A stretch of 48,135 nt of DNA, taken from contig JBBDRO010000029.1 of assembly GCA_040905425.1 (NCBI GenBank), forward strand, positions 1 through 48,135, read 5' to 3'. A program made the translations under genes and the position numbers. Under the pieces are notes generated by a model. It had not been told where the DNA came from and searched no databases. It saw only the letters and a program-made list of their open reading frames with translations. Positions 27,067 through 39,092 of this stretch are shown in pieces; positions within the stretch are counted from its first letter, which is position 1, and each line of letters opens with the position of its first letter. The stretch is from Gemmatimonadota bacterium (GTDB lineage Bacteria; Gemmatimonadota; Gemmatimonadetes; Longimicrobiales; RSA9).

Positions 27067-27096
27067 AAAGTAGGCCGGCGGCCCCGCCAGGGTCAA
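27067..27096 (-). promoter_or_regulatory. Sigma70-like promoter for argG
   Basis: TTGACC(27096-91)-18-TACTTT(27072-67); the -35 overlaps the upstream stop codon. Confidence 0.5.
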
Positions 27097-27371
27097 CGAG
27101 CCGCGCGCAGGAACCTGCGCGCCAGCTGGCGGAGCCGGCCGTTGTCCTCCGCCTCCGCCCGTTCCAGGATGGCCTGCACGTGCGGCACCAGCTCCGGATC
27201 ACCCCAGCGGTGGCCCGTGGCGCGCTCAGCGCCCACCGAATCACCCTGGTCGGCGCCCTGCAGCAGCGCCCAGGCGGCCGCCTCCGGGTAGTAAGCGGAG
27301 GTGGGGTCGGGCAGGTCGTACGTGGGGTCCGGCGTGGCGCCGGCGTCCTCGTTGACGAACGCTCTGGACAT
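27093..27371 (-). CDS. Small hypothetical protein (92 aa) starting MSRAFVNED
   Basis: ATG 27371 with GGAG upstream; plausible composition; lies downstream of mutY on the same strand. Confidence 0.7.
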   Translation of the reverse strand: MSRAFVNEDAGATPDPTYDLPDPTSAYYPEAAAWALLQGADQGDSVGAERATGHRWGDPELVPHVQAILERAEAEDNGRLRQLARRFLRAAR

Positions 27372-27439
27372 GCGTCTGGCTCCGGCTGGGGGACGCGCTC
27401 CGGTACCCCGCTGCGGGTCGGCGGTTCTACAACGGCCGC

Positions 27440-29400
<1,961 letters not shown>

Positions 29401-29493
29401 GCGGGGACGGCTGGAGCTGTTCTCCGGAAGCGGTTCCGGCCCCGGCATCGGTAAGGCGGATGTCGAGCGACCAGGCCGGATACTACCCTTACG

Positions 29494-30687
29494 TCACCGG
29501 GGCGGCTCCGCCACCAGCAGGTCACGCAGCAGTGAGGCGGCCGGCGGATTGTAGCTGGTGGTGCGCAGCATGGCCACGCCCAGTCCGCTCTCCAGATCGA
29601 ACACCAGGTTGGCGTTGTAGCCGGCCACCGAGCCGCCGTGCCCCACCAGCGTGTGGCCATCCGCCTGCTGGATGGTGAAGCCCAGCCCGTACCCCTCCGC
29701 CGGATCCTGCGGCCGGAGCATCTCGCGCCTCGAGTCCTCATTCAGGATCTGCACCGGTCCCTGCCCCATGAGCGCCGCGGCGAGTGCGGCCAGGTCCGTC
29801 ACGGTGGTGTAGATGCCCCCGTTCGGCACCTTGTAGCCGCGCCCGAAGTGCTCGCGCGTGGCGGCCTCGGCGGAGAGGGTCCCGGTGCGGCGGTCCCGCG
29901 TGTAGCCAACGGAGAGCCGCCGGAACAGTTCGGGTGAATCCACGATGAAGGTTGAGCCTTCCATGCCGAGCGGGGAGAACAGCAGCGTCTCCATGAGCTC
30001 CATGAAAGGCACGCCCGCGGCGCGGCTGAGCGCCAGGCCCAGCATGCCGTAGCCGATGTTCGAATAGGCGTACTCGGTCCCCGGAGCCGTGCGGAACCCG
30101 GTGGTGGGGATGGAGGCCAGGACCTTCTCCTCCCAGCGGTAGATCGAGCCGCTTGCCGCCCCTTCAAGACCGGGTTCGCGCTCCAGCCCGGCCGTGTGAC
30201 TGGCCAGCATGCGGAAGGTGATGGGGCGCGCGTCCGCGGGAGGATCGGTAAGCTCCGCGATCTCGGGAAGGTAGCGGGCCACGGGCTCGTCCAGGCCGAT
30301 CAGGCCCCGCTCCACGAGCTGCATCATGAGCACGGCGGTGAACGATTTGGAGATGGAGCCGCTGCGCCCGATGGTCCCCGCCGTGGCCGGCCGGCCGCGC
30401 TCGATGTCCGCCCAGCCCCACCCCTTGCTCCAGATGATCTCGTCCCCCGAGAACACCGCCACCGACACGGCGCCCCCCGCGTCCTCCGCCACCCCGGCAG
30501 CCACGGCCGCGTCGAAGTGCGCGATGGCCGCCTCGAACGGCGTGAACTGCGCCGCGGCGGGCGAGCTTGCGGCAAGGATGGCGGCCAGCGCCGCCAGGAA
30601 CGTAAACGCGCTGTGGCGGGAGCGCTGCTGGTGGGTTTTCAGGGTCGCGTGCATGGGGGGCCTGTGGTCAGGGGATTGTACGCTCAC
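29494..30687 (-). CDS. Secreted serine hydrolase, beta-lactamase class C-like
   Basis: SxxK (SISK), HTAGL, YSN, HGG; signal peptide AAA-Q; start may be a downstream ATG. Confidence 0.88.
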   Translation of the reverse strand: MSVQSPDHRPPMHATLKTHQQRSRHSAFTFLAALAAILAASSPAAAQFTPFEAAIAHFDAAVAAGVAEDAGGAVSVAVFSGDEIIWSKGWGWADIERGRPATAGTIGRSGSISKSFTAVLMMQLVERGLIGLDEPVARYLPEIAELTDPPADARPITFRMLASHTAGLEREPGLEGAASGSIYRWEEKVLASIPTTGFRTAPGTEYAYSNIGYGMLGLALSRAAGVPFMELMETLLFSPLGMEGSTFIVDSPELFRRLSVGYTRDRRTGTLSAEAATREHFGRGYKVPNGGIYTTVTDLAALAAALMGQGPVQILNEDSRREMLRPQDPAEGYGLGFTIQQADGHTLVGHGGSVAGYNANLVFDLESGLGVAMLRTTSYNPPAASLLRDLLVAEPPR

Positions 30688-31061
30688 TCCCGGCGCGCGT
30701 CCCGGTGTTCTTCAATCACCTGGATGGTGTCGGCCTGGTTCGGCACCGCACAGAGAAACTCGAAAGGCTCCTCCCCCAGGGCGCGATAGGAATGCGGCTG
30801 GCCGGCCGCGATGAAGACCACGTCACCGGCCGCCACTTCATGCAGTTCCTCGCCGATGCGCACCTCCGCGCGCCCGCGCAGGACGTACTGCTCGTGCTCC
30901 ACGGCGTTGGTGTGCAGGGGCATGCCGCCGCCCGGCTGCATGATGAAGCGGCGCAGCGCAAAGTTGGGGGCGGTGTCCGGGCCGATCAGGACCTGGCTTT
31001 CGGTGGCCTGTCCGGCGGCTACGGGGGTGCGGGGAATGGAGTCGGCCGCGCGTACGGACAT
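30684..31061 (-). CDS. Cupin domain protein
   Basis: PGGGMPLHTNAVEHEQYVLRG and GDVVFIAAGQPHSY; ATG 31061. Confidence 0.87.
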   Translation of the reverse strand: MSVRAADSIPRTPVAAGQATESQVLIGPDTAPNFALRRFIMQPGGGMPLHTNAVEHEQYVLRGRAEVRIGEELHEVAAGDVVFIAAGQPHSYRALGEEPFEFLCAVPNQADTIQVIEEHRDARRE

Positions 31062-31222
31062 GAGGAGCCTCGGCAGGATGAAAGGATGAACGTCGCTTGG
31101 AAGATACCGGTGCGGCGGGGCGCCACGATAGTGTTGGCGCGGAGCGCTGGCACGCGTACTGTAGGGAGGCCGGCGGCATGCCTGTCGCGTAGCCGCATCT
31201 CCCCTCACGGAGGAGTCCTGAC

Positions 31223-31579
31223 ATGAGCCTCATACTCTCCTGGCTGATCCTGTCGCTGGCGGTCTGGGTGACCGCCGTGGTCCTGCCCGGTTTCCATGTG
31301 AAGAGTGCCGGCAGCGCCCTGCTCGTGGCCGCGCTGTTCGGTGTGCTGAACTTCCTGCTCGGCTGGCTGTTCTTTGCGGTGTTCACCATCGGCACGCTCG
31401 GGCTGGCCTATCTACTGGCGTTCATCACGCGCTGGATCATCAACGCCATCATCCTGAAGATCACGGACGCGCTGACGGATCACCTGACGATCGACGGGTT
31501 CAGCTGGGCGCTCGGCGGCGCGCTCATGATGTCGGTCATCGGTACGCTCGGGGAGTGGCTGGTGCGGGCGCTGTTCTGA
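31223..31579 (+). CDS. YvlD/DUF360 4-TM membrane protein (phage holin superfamily)
   Basis: LPGFHV..ALLVAALFGVLN..TLGL..INAIIL..IDGFSWALGGAL; GGAGGAG RBS. Confidence 0.85.
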   Translation: MSLILSWLILSLAVWVTAVVLPGFHVKSAGSALLVAALFGVLNFLLGWLFFAVFTIGTLGLAYLLAFITRWIINAIILKITDALTDHLTIDGFSWALGGALMMSVIGTLGEWLVRALF

Positions 31580-32580
31580 GCCGCCCATCCAGCGAGCGTC
31601 CGCCCTCCCGAACGCACATAGCCGGGAGCGGCCGCTACCTGCCCGCTGCGGTGCTGCCCAACAGCGCGTTCGCGGCCACCGCCGGCGTGGACGACGCCTG
31701 GATCCTGCAGCGCACCGGCATCCGGGAGCGGCGCACGGCCGCGCCCGGTGAGGGCACGGCCGCCATGGGTGCCGAGGCTGCTCGCCGGGCGCTGGCCTCC
31801 GCGGGCAAGGGCCCCGCGGACATCCAGCTCATCATCGTGGCCACCTCCACGCCCGACCACCTGACCCCGCCCTCCGCCTGTGAGATACAGGCGGCCCTGG
31901 GCGTGGTGGATGCGGCCTGCTTCGACGTGGAGGCGGGGTTCGCGGGCTGGATCTATGCGCTCATCACCGCGGACGCGTTGCTGCGCGCGGGCATGGCGGA
32001 GCATGCGCTGGTCATCGGGGCGGAAAAGCTGTCCTCGGTGACCGATCGCTCCGACCCGGCCACCGGGCCACTCTTCGGTGACGGTGCCGGCGCCGTGGTG
32101 CTGTCGGCCGGGGCCGGGCCGCTCGGCATCGTGGGGCGCTCCTGGTGGGCCGACGGCACGCTCGCGGAAGCCCTGGTGCGCCGCGGGGGTGGCTCCCGCC
32201 AACCCTTCGACGAGGCGGTCCTCCAGGAGCGCTCCCATCTGCTCCGCATGGAGGGGTCGCGGATCTTCCGGCAGGCCGTCCGCACCATGGCCCGACAGGC
32301 GGCCACGGCGCTGGAGCGTGCGGGTGAGGCGCCCGGCGCCCCCGACCTCGTGGTGGCGCATCAGGCCAATCGGCGCATCCTGGATGCCTTCGCGCGGGAG
32401 ACGGCGTGGCCGCCCGAGCGGATGTTCATCAACATCGACCGCTACGGCAACACGGGGGCGGCCACGATACCCATTGCCCTGGACGAGGCGCGCGAGCAGG
32501 GGCGTATGCCCGCGCCGGGGGTGGTGCTTTTGGTGTCGTTCGGCGCCGGTGCCACGGCCGGGGCGGTGGTGCTGCGCTAG
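31555..32580 (+). CDS. 3-oxoacyl-ACP synthase III (FabH-like) with Phe at the catalytic Cys position
   Basis: GSGRYLP, WILQRTGIRERR, ATSTPD, LFGDGAGA, MEG, HQAN, YGNT present; DVEAGFAGW in place of D..AACSGF. Start uncertain (GTG 31555 or CTG 31576). Confidence 0.85.
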   Translation: MAGAGAVLSRPSSERPPSRTHIAGSGRYLPAAVLPNSAFAATAGVDDAWILQRTGIRERRTAAPGEGTAAMGAEAARRALASAGKGPADIQLIIVATSTPDHLTPPSACEIQAALGVVDAACFDVEAGFAGWIYALITADALLRAGMAEHALVIGAEKLSSVTDRSDPATGPLFGDGAGAVVLSAGAGPLGIVGRSWWADGTLAEALVRRGGGSRQPFDEAVLQERSHLLRMEGSRIFRQAVRTMARQAATALERAGEAPGAPDLVVAHQANRRILDAFARETAWPPERMFINIDRYGNTGAATIPIALDEAREQGRMPAPGVVLLVSFGAGATAGAVVLR

Positions 32581-32581
32581 T

Positions 32582-33817
32582 CTACCGGCCGATCCCCGCC
32601 TCGTTCATCAGGTCCGCCAGTGTGAGCGCCCGATAGCTCTCCATACGCTGCTCGAGGGCGCCCAACGCGTCCGTTCCGCCCTCCTCGAAGACAATGTCCT
32701 CCTTCACGGTGATCACGCGGAACAGCGGACGCACCGGCTGCGCCTCCTCCTCCTCCTCGTTGTCACCGCGGCCCCCGAAGCCCAGCCTGCCGAACGCGCC
32801 GCGGGCGGCGCTGGCGGCCGCGCTCCCGGCCGCCTCCACGGCGCCGCGCCGGAGCTCGTCCCCCATGGACGCCGGTTCCCAGGCCAGCAGCTCCTCACGA
32901 TCCAACTCCTGTCCGTCCGGGACCAGGGCAACGGTCACCACGCTGCGCACGGTGGTGCCGTCGATCCCCTGCAGCGCATCCGCCAGTTCTACAAGCCCAG
33001 CGGCCATGCGCGGATCCCACATGGCCAGGCCGGCCGCACCGGCGTCACCCACGCCTCCGGCCGAGCCGGCCAGCTCGTCGGCCAGTGACCGCACGGCCGG
33101 ATCCTCCGCCAGCCGGGCGCCCCACTCCTCGTACAGGGCGTCGGGCGTGGGCAGCTCGGCGCTCTGCCAGAGTTCCATCACGAACACCAGGCTGCCCTCC
33201 TCGGCATCCGCCACGCCGTCGGGCGGAGCCGCGGCTTCCAAGGTGGCGGTGATGATGTGCTGAGTGGCGGTGCCCGCGGCGCCGAAGTCCCGGGTGCTCC
33301 CCGTACGCTCGGCGGCCACCCGGAAGTTCAGTTGGGCGCGCGCCTCCGCCATGGCCTCGTGGAACCGGGCCATGGAATCTTGCTGCGCGGCCCGTGCTTG
33401 GGCCAGCGTCTCCTTGGTGCCCTCGGCCGCGCCTTCCACCGCGGCGGTCATGATGCGGGCCAGCTCGCTGGCGGCATCCGCGGATTCCTGGAAGGAGACC
33501 GTGAGATAGCTCTGCGCCTCGTGATCCACGGATATGAAGCGACGGTTGTCCGCATCCACGATCGTGGCGCTGCCGTCCCCCTCCTGAATCAGCACGCCTT
33601 CCCGCAGATGAATGCTCTGCTGGCTGGCGCGCTCGTCGAGGAGGCCGGGGATGACGCCGAGCACGGCCCCGAGCGTACCGGGCAATTCGATGCGGGACGT
33701 CTCCGTCCAGCTCAGCGTGCGGTTCTGGGCGTGTGCGGTGGCAGGAACGGTCACGAGCAGCGCCAGGGCGGCGGTGCCGGCGCCGATGAGTGATCGGGCG
33801 CGAGAGCGTGAATGCAT
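32582..33817 (-). CDS. Secreted hypothetical protein (DUF4412-like)
   Basis: Signal peptide AHA-Q; beta-rich N-terminus (TIVDADNRRFISVDHEAQSY); GAGG RBS. Family assignment weak. Confidence 0.7.
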   Translation of the reverse strand: MHSRSRARSLIGAGTAALALLVTVPATAHAQNRTLSWTETSRIELPGTLGAVLGVIPGLLDERASQQSIHLREGVLIQEGDGSATIVDADNRRFISVDHEAQSYLTVSFQESADAASELARIMTAAVEGAAEGTKETLAQARAAQQDSMARFHEAMAEARAQLNFRVAAERTGSTRDFGAAGTATQHIITATLEAAAPPDGVADAEEGSLVFVMELWQSAELPTPDALYEEWGARLAEDPAVRSLADELAGSAGGVGDAGAAGLAMWDPRMAAGLVELADALQGIDGTTVRSVVTVALVPDGQELDREELLAWEPASMGDELRRGAVEAAGSAAASAARGAFGRLGFGGRGDNEEEEEAQPVRPLFRVITVKEDIVFEEGGTDALGALEQRMESYRALTLADLMNEAGIGR

Positions 33818-33944
33818 GGGTCCTCGGCGGCAGGGGAAAGAATGACGGAGTGGCGGGGTGCGGAATTCCCCCCGGATGTACCCTAAGGAACCCGGCCGGT
33901 CGTGTCAAAGCATGGCCTCGCTCCCTGGCGGCCCCGGACATCCG

Positions 33945-33985
33945 GACAATTTCATGACAATTTCGAGCCGGTGCGGCATTACCTT
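33945..33985 (+). promoter_or_regulatory. 11-bp-phased direct repeat (OmpR/PhoB-type box) plus -10 element
   Basis: GACAATTTC at 33945 and 33956; TACCTT 33980-85, 6 nt before ATG 33992. Confidence 0.55.
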
Positions 33986-33991
33986 GCAGGC

Positions 33992-35928
33992 ATGCCCGAA
34001 CGAGCCGATCGGCGCCGCACCTCACTCCTGCTGGCGGCCGCCCTGCTGCCCGCCGTGCTCCTGGCCGCGCTCGCGTTCCACCTGCTGCGCCAGGAGCGCG
34101 AGCTGGCCGTGCGGCGGGTGGAGGACGCGCGCGAACTGAGGGCGGCCCGGCTGGGTCAGCAACTGCTGCCATTGCTGAACGCGCTCCTCCCACCCGACGC
34201 CGGGCCTGACCCGGAGGCCGTGGTGGGGCGGGGCGTCCTGACCGCGTCCGGGCTCCGCTGGGCGTGGGATCCCGCGGCGCGTCCGCCGGTGGCGGACCGG
34301 TCCGGCTCCGCGCGGCTGTCAGAGTACCGGAGTCTCCTTGACGAGGGGCAGGCCGCGGAGTTCACGGCGGGCCGCCCGGATCGTGCGGCCGCACGCTACG
34401 GCCGCGCCCTGGCCATTGCACCGGATACGGCCGCGGCCGCCGCCGCGCGGCTCATGCGCGCCCGCGCCCTGGTGCGTGCCGGCCAGGCGGAGGAGGCCCG
34501 AGCCGACTACCTGGCGCTGCTCGAGCTGCCCCTTCACTGGCGCGACGCGGACGGGTTGCCCTTCTCCCTCTACGCCGCGGAACGGTTGGCCGCCGAGCCG
34601 AGCGCCGCCGCCCTCCTGCGTCTGGCCGCGGACTCGGCTCGCGCGCTCCCGCTGCCGGCGCTCTACGCATTTCGCGACCTGGCCGCGAGCGGTCACGGCG
34701 CGGTCGCCGGGACAGGCGACGCGGGAGCGGACGCCGCCGCGGGGAGTGGTCGGGCCGACGCGTGGCTCGCCGACGTGGTGCCGCGTCTCGAGGCGCGCAT
34801 CGAGCAGGTTGAGCGCCTCGCGGCGCTGGCCGGCGACCTGCCCGCCCTCGTCAACTACGCCGGCGGCGGGGCCGGCCGCTGGGTCCCTCACGGGACGCCG
34901 CTCTGGCTCGTGCACGTGGCCGGCGAGCAGGTGGTGGTCGTGGACCCGGCGGCGCTCGCCCCCGGCCTGGCCGGCGCCGGCATGCTCACCACGGCAGCCG
35001 CGCCGGAAGCCCCGCTGCTGGGAGCCGCGCTACCGGGTCTGCGCGCCCGTATCCCCGACGCCGTGGTGGCGGCGGACGCGGCCAGGAGCGGGACCTCCGC
35101 GGCGCTGCTGCTCACCGGACTTCCTCTGGTCCTGGCACTCACGATGACCGTCCTATGGCTGCTGTGGCGTGACGTGCGCCGCGACGTGGCCGCGGCGGCG
35201 CAGCGCTCCCGCTTCGTGAGTGGCGTATCCCACGAGTTGAAGACGCCGCTCACCTCCATCCGCATGTTCGCCGAAACACTCCGTCTGCGTGGCGGCGCGG
35301 CGGAGCCGGCGCTGCGGGAGGAGTACCTGGACACCATCGTGCACGAGAGCGAGCGCCTCACCCGGCTCATCAACAACGTGCTCGACTTCTCCCGCATCGA
35401 GCGCGGTGACATGCGCTACCGCCCGCGTCCCGAGGCGCTGGATGAGGTGATCCGCGAGGCGCTCGCGGCCATGCGCTACCCCCTCGAGCAGGCGGACATC
35501 CGCGTGCATGTGAGCGTGGAACCCGACCTGCCGCCCTGCTCCGTGGACCGCGACGCGCTGTCCCAGGCCGTGCTGAACCTGCTGGCTAACGCCGTGAAGT
35601 TCTCCCCCACCGGGAGCCGGATCGACGTGCGGCTGGCGCGCGCGGGCTTCTGCGCTGAGATCGAGGTGGCCGACCAGGGCCGCGGGGTGCCGCCCGCCGA
35701 GCGCGAGCGCATCTTCCAGGAGTTCTACCGCAGCGCGGACGTGGAGGCGGAGGGCATCCCCGGCACGGGCCTGGGCCTCTCCCTCGTGGCGCACGTGGCG
35801 CGGGGGCACGGCGGCAGCGTCCATGTGCGCTCCGCACCGGGCGGTGGTTCGGTCTTCACGCTGAGCCTCCCGCTGGGGGGAGAAAACGCCGCACCGCGCG
35901 CGGTTACGCGCCCGGCGTCCGAGGTTAC

Positions 35929-35932
<4 letters not shown>
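33992..35932 (+). CDS. Sensor histidine kinase with TPR-like extracytoplasmic region
   Basis: Two TMs; SHELKTPLTSI (H box), NLLANAVKF, DQGRG, GTGLGL. Confidence 0.92.
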
Positions 35933-36651
<719 letters not shown>

Positions 36652-36697
36652 GCGACGATGCTCATCACCTTCCGGGGGGTGCGGGACTGCGCGGCCT

Positions 36698-36735
36698 TTG
36701 CAAAATCCTTACATGGACCGGGTGAGTCCGTGACA
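36698..36735 (+). promoter_or_regulatory. Candidate OmpR-type half-sites in 11-bp phase
   Basis: TTGCA 36698, TTACA 36709, TGACA 36731 (offsets of 11 and 22 bp). Confidence 0.4.
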
Positions 36736-36798
36736 ACGGGTGCGCCGGCGCGCCCCATCTTGGGTCCGGCAGTCCCACCGGAACCCTGGAGGAGAACC

Positions 36799-38928
36799 AT
36801 GACGTACCGCATTGCTCTGGTCCCGCTCGCGCTCGCCGTGCTGCTCGTGGGAGCGGCGCCCCCGGCGCAGGCCCAGTCGGCCGCCGATCTCTACCAGCAG
36901 GCGCTCCGCAAGGACCGCGGCGAGGGAGATCTGGAGGCGGCCATTCTGCTGTATCGCCAGGTGCTGGAGGGGGGGGACCGCGAACTGGCGGCGCGCGCCC
37001 TGGTGCGCATCGGCGAGAGCTACGAGCGCCTCGGCCGCACGGAGGCGGCGGCCGCCTACGAGCGGGTGGTGCGCGAATTTGCCGACATCACCAGCTCCGC
37101 CGGCGAGGCGCGGGCAAGGCTGGCCGCCCTGCGCCGGGCGGAGGCCGCCGGCGCCGCGGCTTCGGCTTCCGGTCTCTCTCTGCGGCTCGTCTGGGAGGGC
37201 ACCGAGCCCGGCATCGACGTTGAGGGCCAGCCCACGCCGGACGGGCGGGCGCTCACCTTCGTGGACTGGACCACGGGTGACCTGGCTGTGCGCGACCTGG
37301 AGAGCGGGGCCGTGCGGCACGTGACCACTACCGGCTACCCCGAATACGCGCTCGGCTCCACGCTCTCGCCCGACGGCCAGCGGGTGGCCTACTTCTGGAC
37401 GCCGGATCCGTGGCGTCCCCAGCTGCGCGTGAGCCGGCTGGACGGCTCCGAGCAGCGCACCCTCCTGGCCAACGCCGGCCACGAGTACGGCTACCTGACA
37501 CCCCACGATTGGACGCCGGACGGCGAGCACGTGCTCGTCAACCTGTGGATGCCCGACCATACCGCGCGCGTGGCCTTCGTCTCCACCCGTGATGGTTCGG
37601 TGCGCATCGTGCGCGATCTGGCCTGGCGCGCTCCCATGCGTCTCGGCCTCTCGCCCGATGGCCGCCACATTGCCTTCGACGCCCGCCCCGAGCGGGACGA
37701 GGCGCGCCACGACATCTATCTGCTCAGCGCCGATGGCGCCGCGGAGAGCGTACTGGTGCGTCACGCCGCCAACGACCTGCACCCCATCTGGACGCCGGAC
37801 GGCAGCCACGTGCTCTTCTCCAGCGACCGGGGCGGCTCCATCGACCTGTGGGCCGTGCGCGTGGCGGACGGCGAGCCCGCTGGCGAGCCGTTCCTGGTGA
37901 AGCGGGACATGGCGCAGAACTTCTTCTGGCCCATGGGCTTCACACGCGCGGGTTCGCTGTTCTACGCCAAGGACACGGGCGGCGGCAGCATCTACACGGC
38001 CGCCATGGATCCGGCCACGGGCCGCGTTGCGGGCGGAACGGAGCAGCCCGCCGCCGCCTACGTGGGCTACAACACCTCACCGCACGTCTCACCGGACGGC
38101 CGCACGGTGGTCTACGCCACCCGCCACGGCGTGCCCAGCCTGGGTCACGCGGCGCAGCTCGTGATCGAGGAGCTGGAGACAGGGACGGTGCGCAAGCTGG
38201 CGCCCGGCCTGCGGGTGGATCGCAAGCGGGCGCGGCCGCGCTTCACGCCCGACGGCCGGGCCGTCCTGGCGCGGGCCCGCAACACCGTCATGGGTACGGG
38301 CGGGCTCTATCGCGTGGACGTGGCCTCGGGCACGGCGGAACGCCTGCTGGCCCCGGTGGAGGGGGCCAACCTCTCCGAGATGGCGGTGCAGCTCGCCGGC
38401 GGCGACGTCCTCTACGGCCTCACTCCCCAGGGCGCGCCCGAGCGCGCGCGCCTCGTGCGGCGCACGCGGGATGGCGCCGAGCGCGTGCTGCTGGACGGGC
38501 CCATCGGTGCCTCCAGCCTGTGGGACGTATCCCCCGACGAGCGCTGGCTGGCCATGGTGGACCGCGCACCGGAGGGCGGTTCACGCCTCCAGCTGCATCC
38601 GCTGGAGGGTGGTGGTGAGCCCCGCTTCCTGCACCATATCCCCGTGAACCGGGCCATGCTGGCGGAGGCGGGCGTGGCGTTCAGCGCCGACGGCCGCTGG
38701 GTCTTCTTCGGCACGACGGCGGAGGAGTACTGGGCCAGCGACGCGGATGTCGAAGTCTGGCGGGTGCCCGCCGACGGTTCCGGACCGGCGGAGAGCACCG
38801 GCCTGAGCATGCCCGGCCTGCGCCACATGACCGCGGCGCCCGACGGGCTGGCCTTTGCCGCCGGCCCGCAGGTCTACCACGAGGTGTGGGTCATGGACAA
38901 CGTGCTGGAGCACCTCGGCCGCCGCTGA
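36799..38928 (+). CDS. Secreted TPR + PD40/TolB-like beta-propeller protein
   Basis: GGAGGAG RBS; signal AQA-Q; N-terminal TPR-like helices; repeated S/T-PDG blades. Confidence 0.85.
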   Translation: MTYRIALVPLALAVLLVGAAPPAQAQSAADLYQQALRKDRGEGDLEAAILLYRQVLEGGDRELAARALVRIGESYERLGRTEAAAAYERVVREFADITSSAGEARARLAALRRAEAAGAAASASGLSLRLVWEGTEPGIDVEGQPTPDGRALTFVDWTTGDLAVRDLESGAVRHVTTTGYPEYALGSTLSPDGQRVAYFWTPDPWRPQLRVSRLDGSEQRTLLANAGHEYGYLTPHDWTPDGEHVLVNLWMPDHTARVAFVSTRDGSVRIVRDLAWRAPMRLGLSPDGRHIAFDARPERDEARHDIYLLSADGAAESVLVRHAANDLHPIWTPDGSHVLFSSDRGGSIDLWAVRVADGEPAGEPFLVKRDMAQNFFWPMGFTRAGSLFYAKDTGGGSIYTAAMDPATGRVAGGTEQPAAAYVGYNTSPHVSPDGRTVVYATRHGVPSLGHAAQLVIEELETGTVRKLAPGLRVDRKRARPRFTPDGRAVLARARNTVMGTGGLYRVDVASGTAERLLAPVEGANLSEMAVQLAGGDVLYGLTPQGAPERARLVRRTRDGAERVLLDGPIGASSLWDVSPDERWLAMVDRAPEGGSRLQLHPLEGGGEPRFLHHIPVNRAMLAEAGVAFSADGRWVFFGTTAEEYWASDADVEVWRVPADGSGPAESTGLSMPGLRHMTAAPDGLAFAAGPQVYHEVWVMDNVLEHLGRR

Positions 38929-39092
38929 CGTTGCGCGCTCCGATTCGTCCCGCCGCCGGGCCGTGGCCGTCCGGCGGCGGGAGGAAAGGGTGGCCCCGCC
39001 GTGGCCGTTGACCTAATCTTCTCAACGATCCCGCCATTCCGCCCGCGCCCGCCGCGGGCGCCATCCGTTCAGCCAGCCCATGGAGACGTCCC

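Noticed and set aside
26945..27244. ORF-track N-terminal extensions of argG (also tldE, DUF58, RidA, VPS10, aquaporin, PD40)
   Set aside because: Extensions overlap neighbouring genes or promoters; downstream starts have RBSs or stop/start overlaps and match family N-termini.
29494..30687. Bona fide beta-lactam resistance gene
   Set aside because: SxxK/YxN/HGG motifs are shared by many esterases and peptidases; resistance cannot be inferred.
31223..31579. Prophage lysis gene
   Set aside because: YvlD-type proteins are common chromosomal genes; no phage genes nearby, and the Slt is a cellular Slt70 type.
39006..39027. Operator cgttga-N10-tcaacg / promoter before the S9 peptidase
   Set aside because: Only 6-bp arms, and no -10 at a suitable distance from TTGACC.
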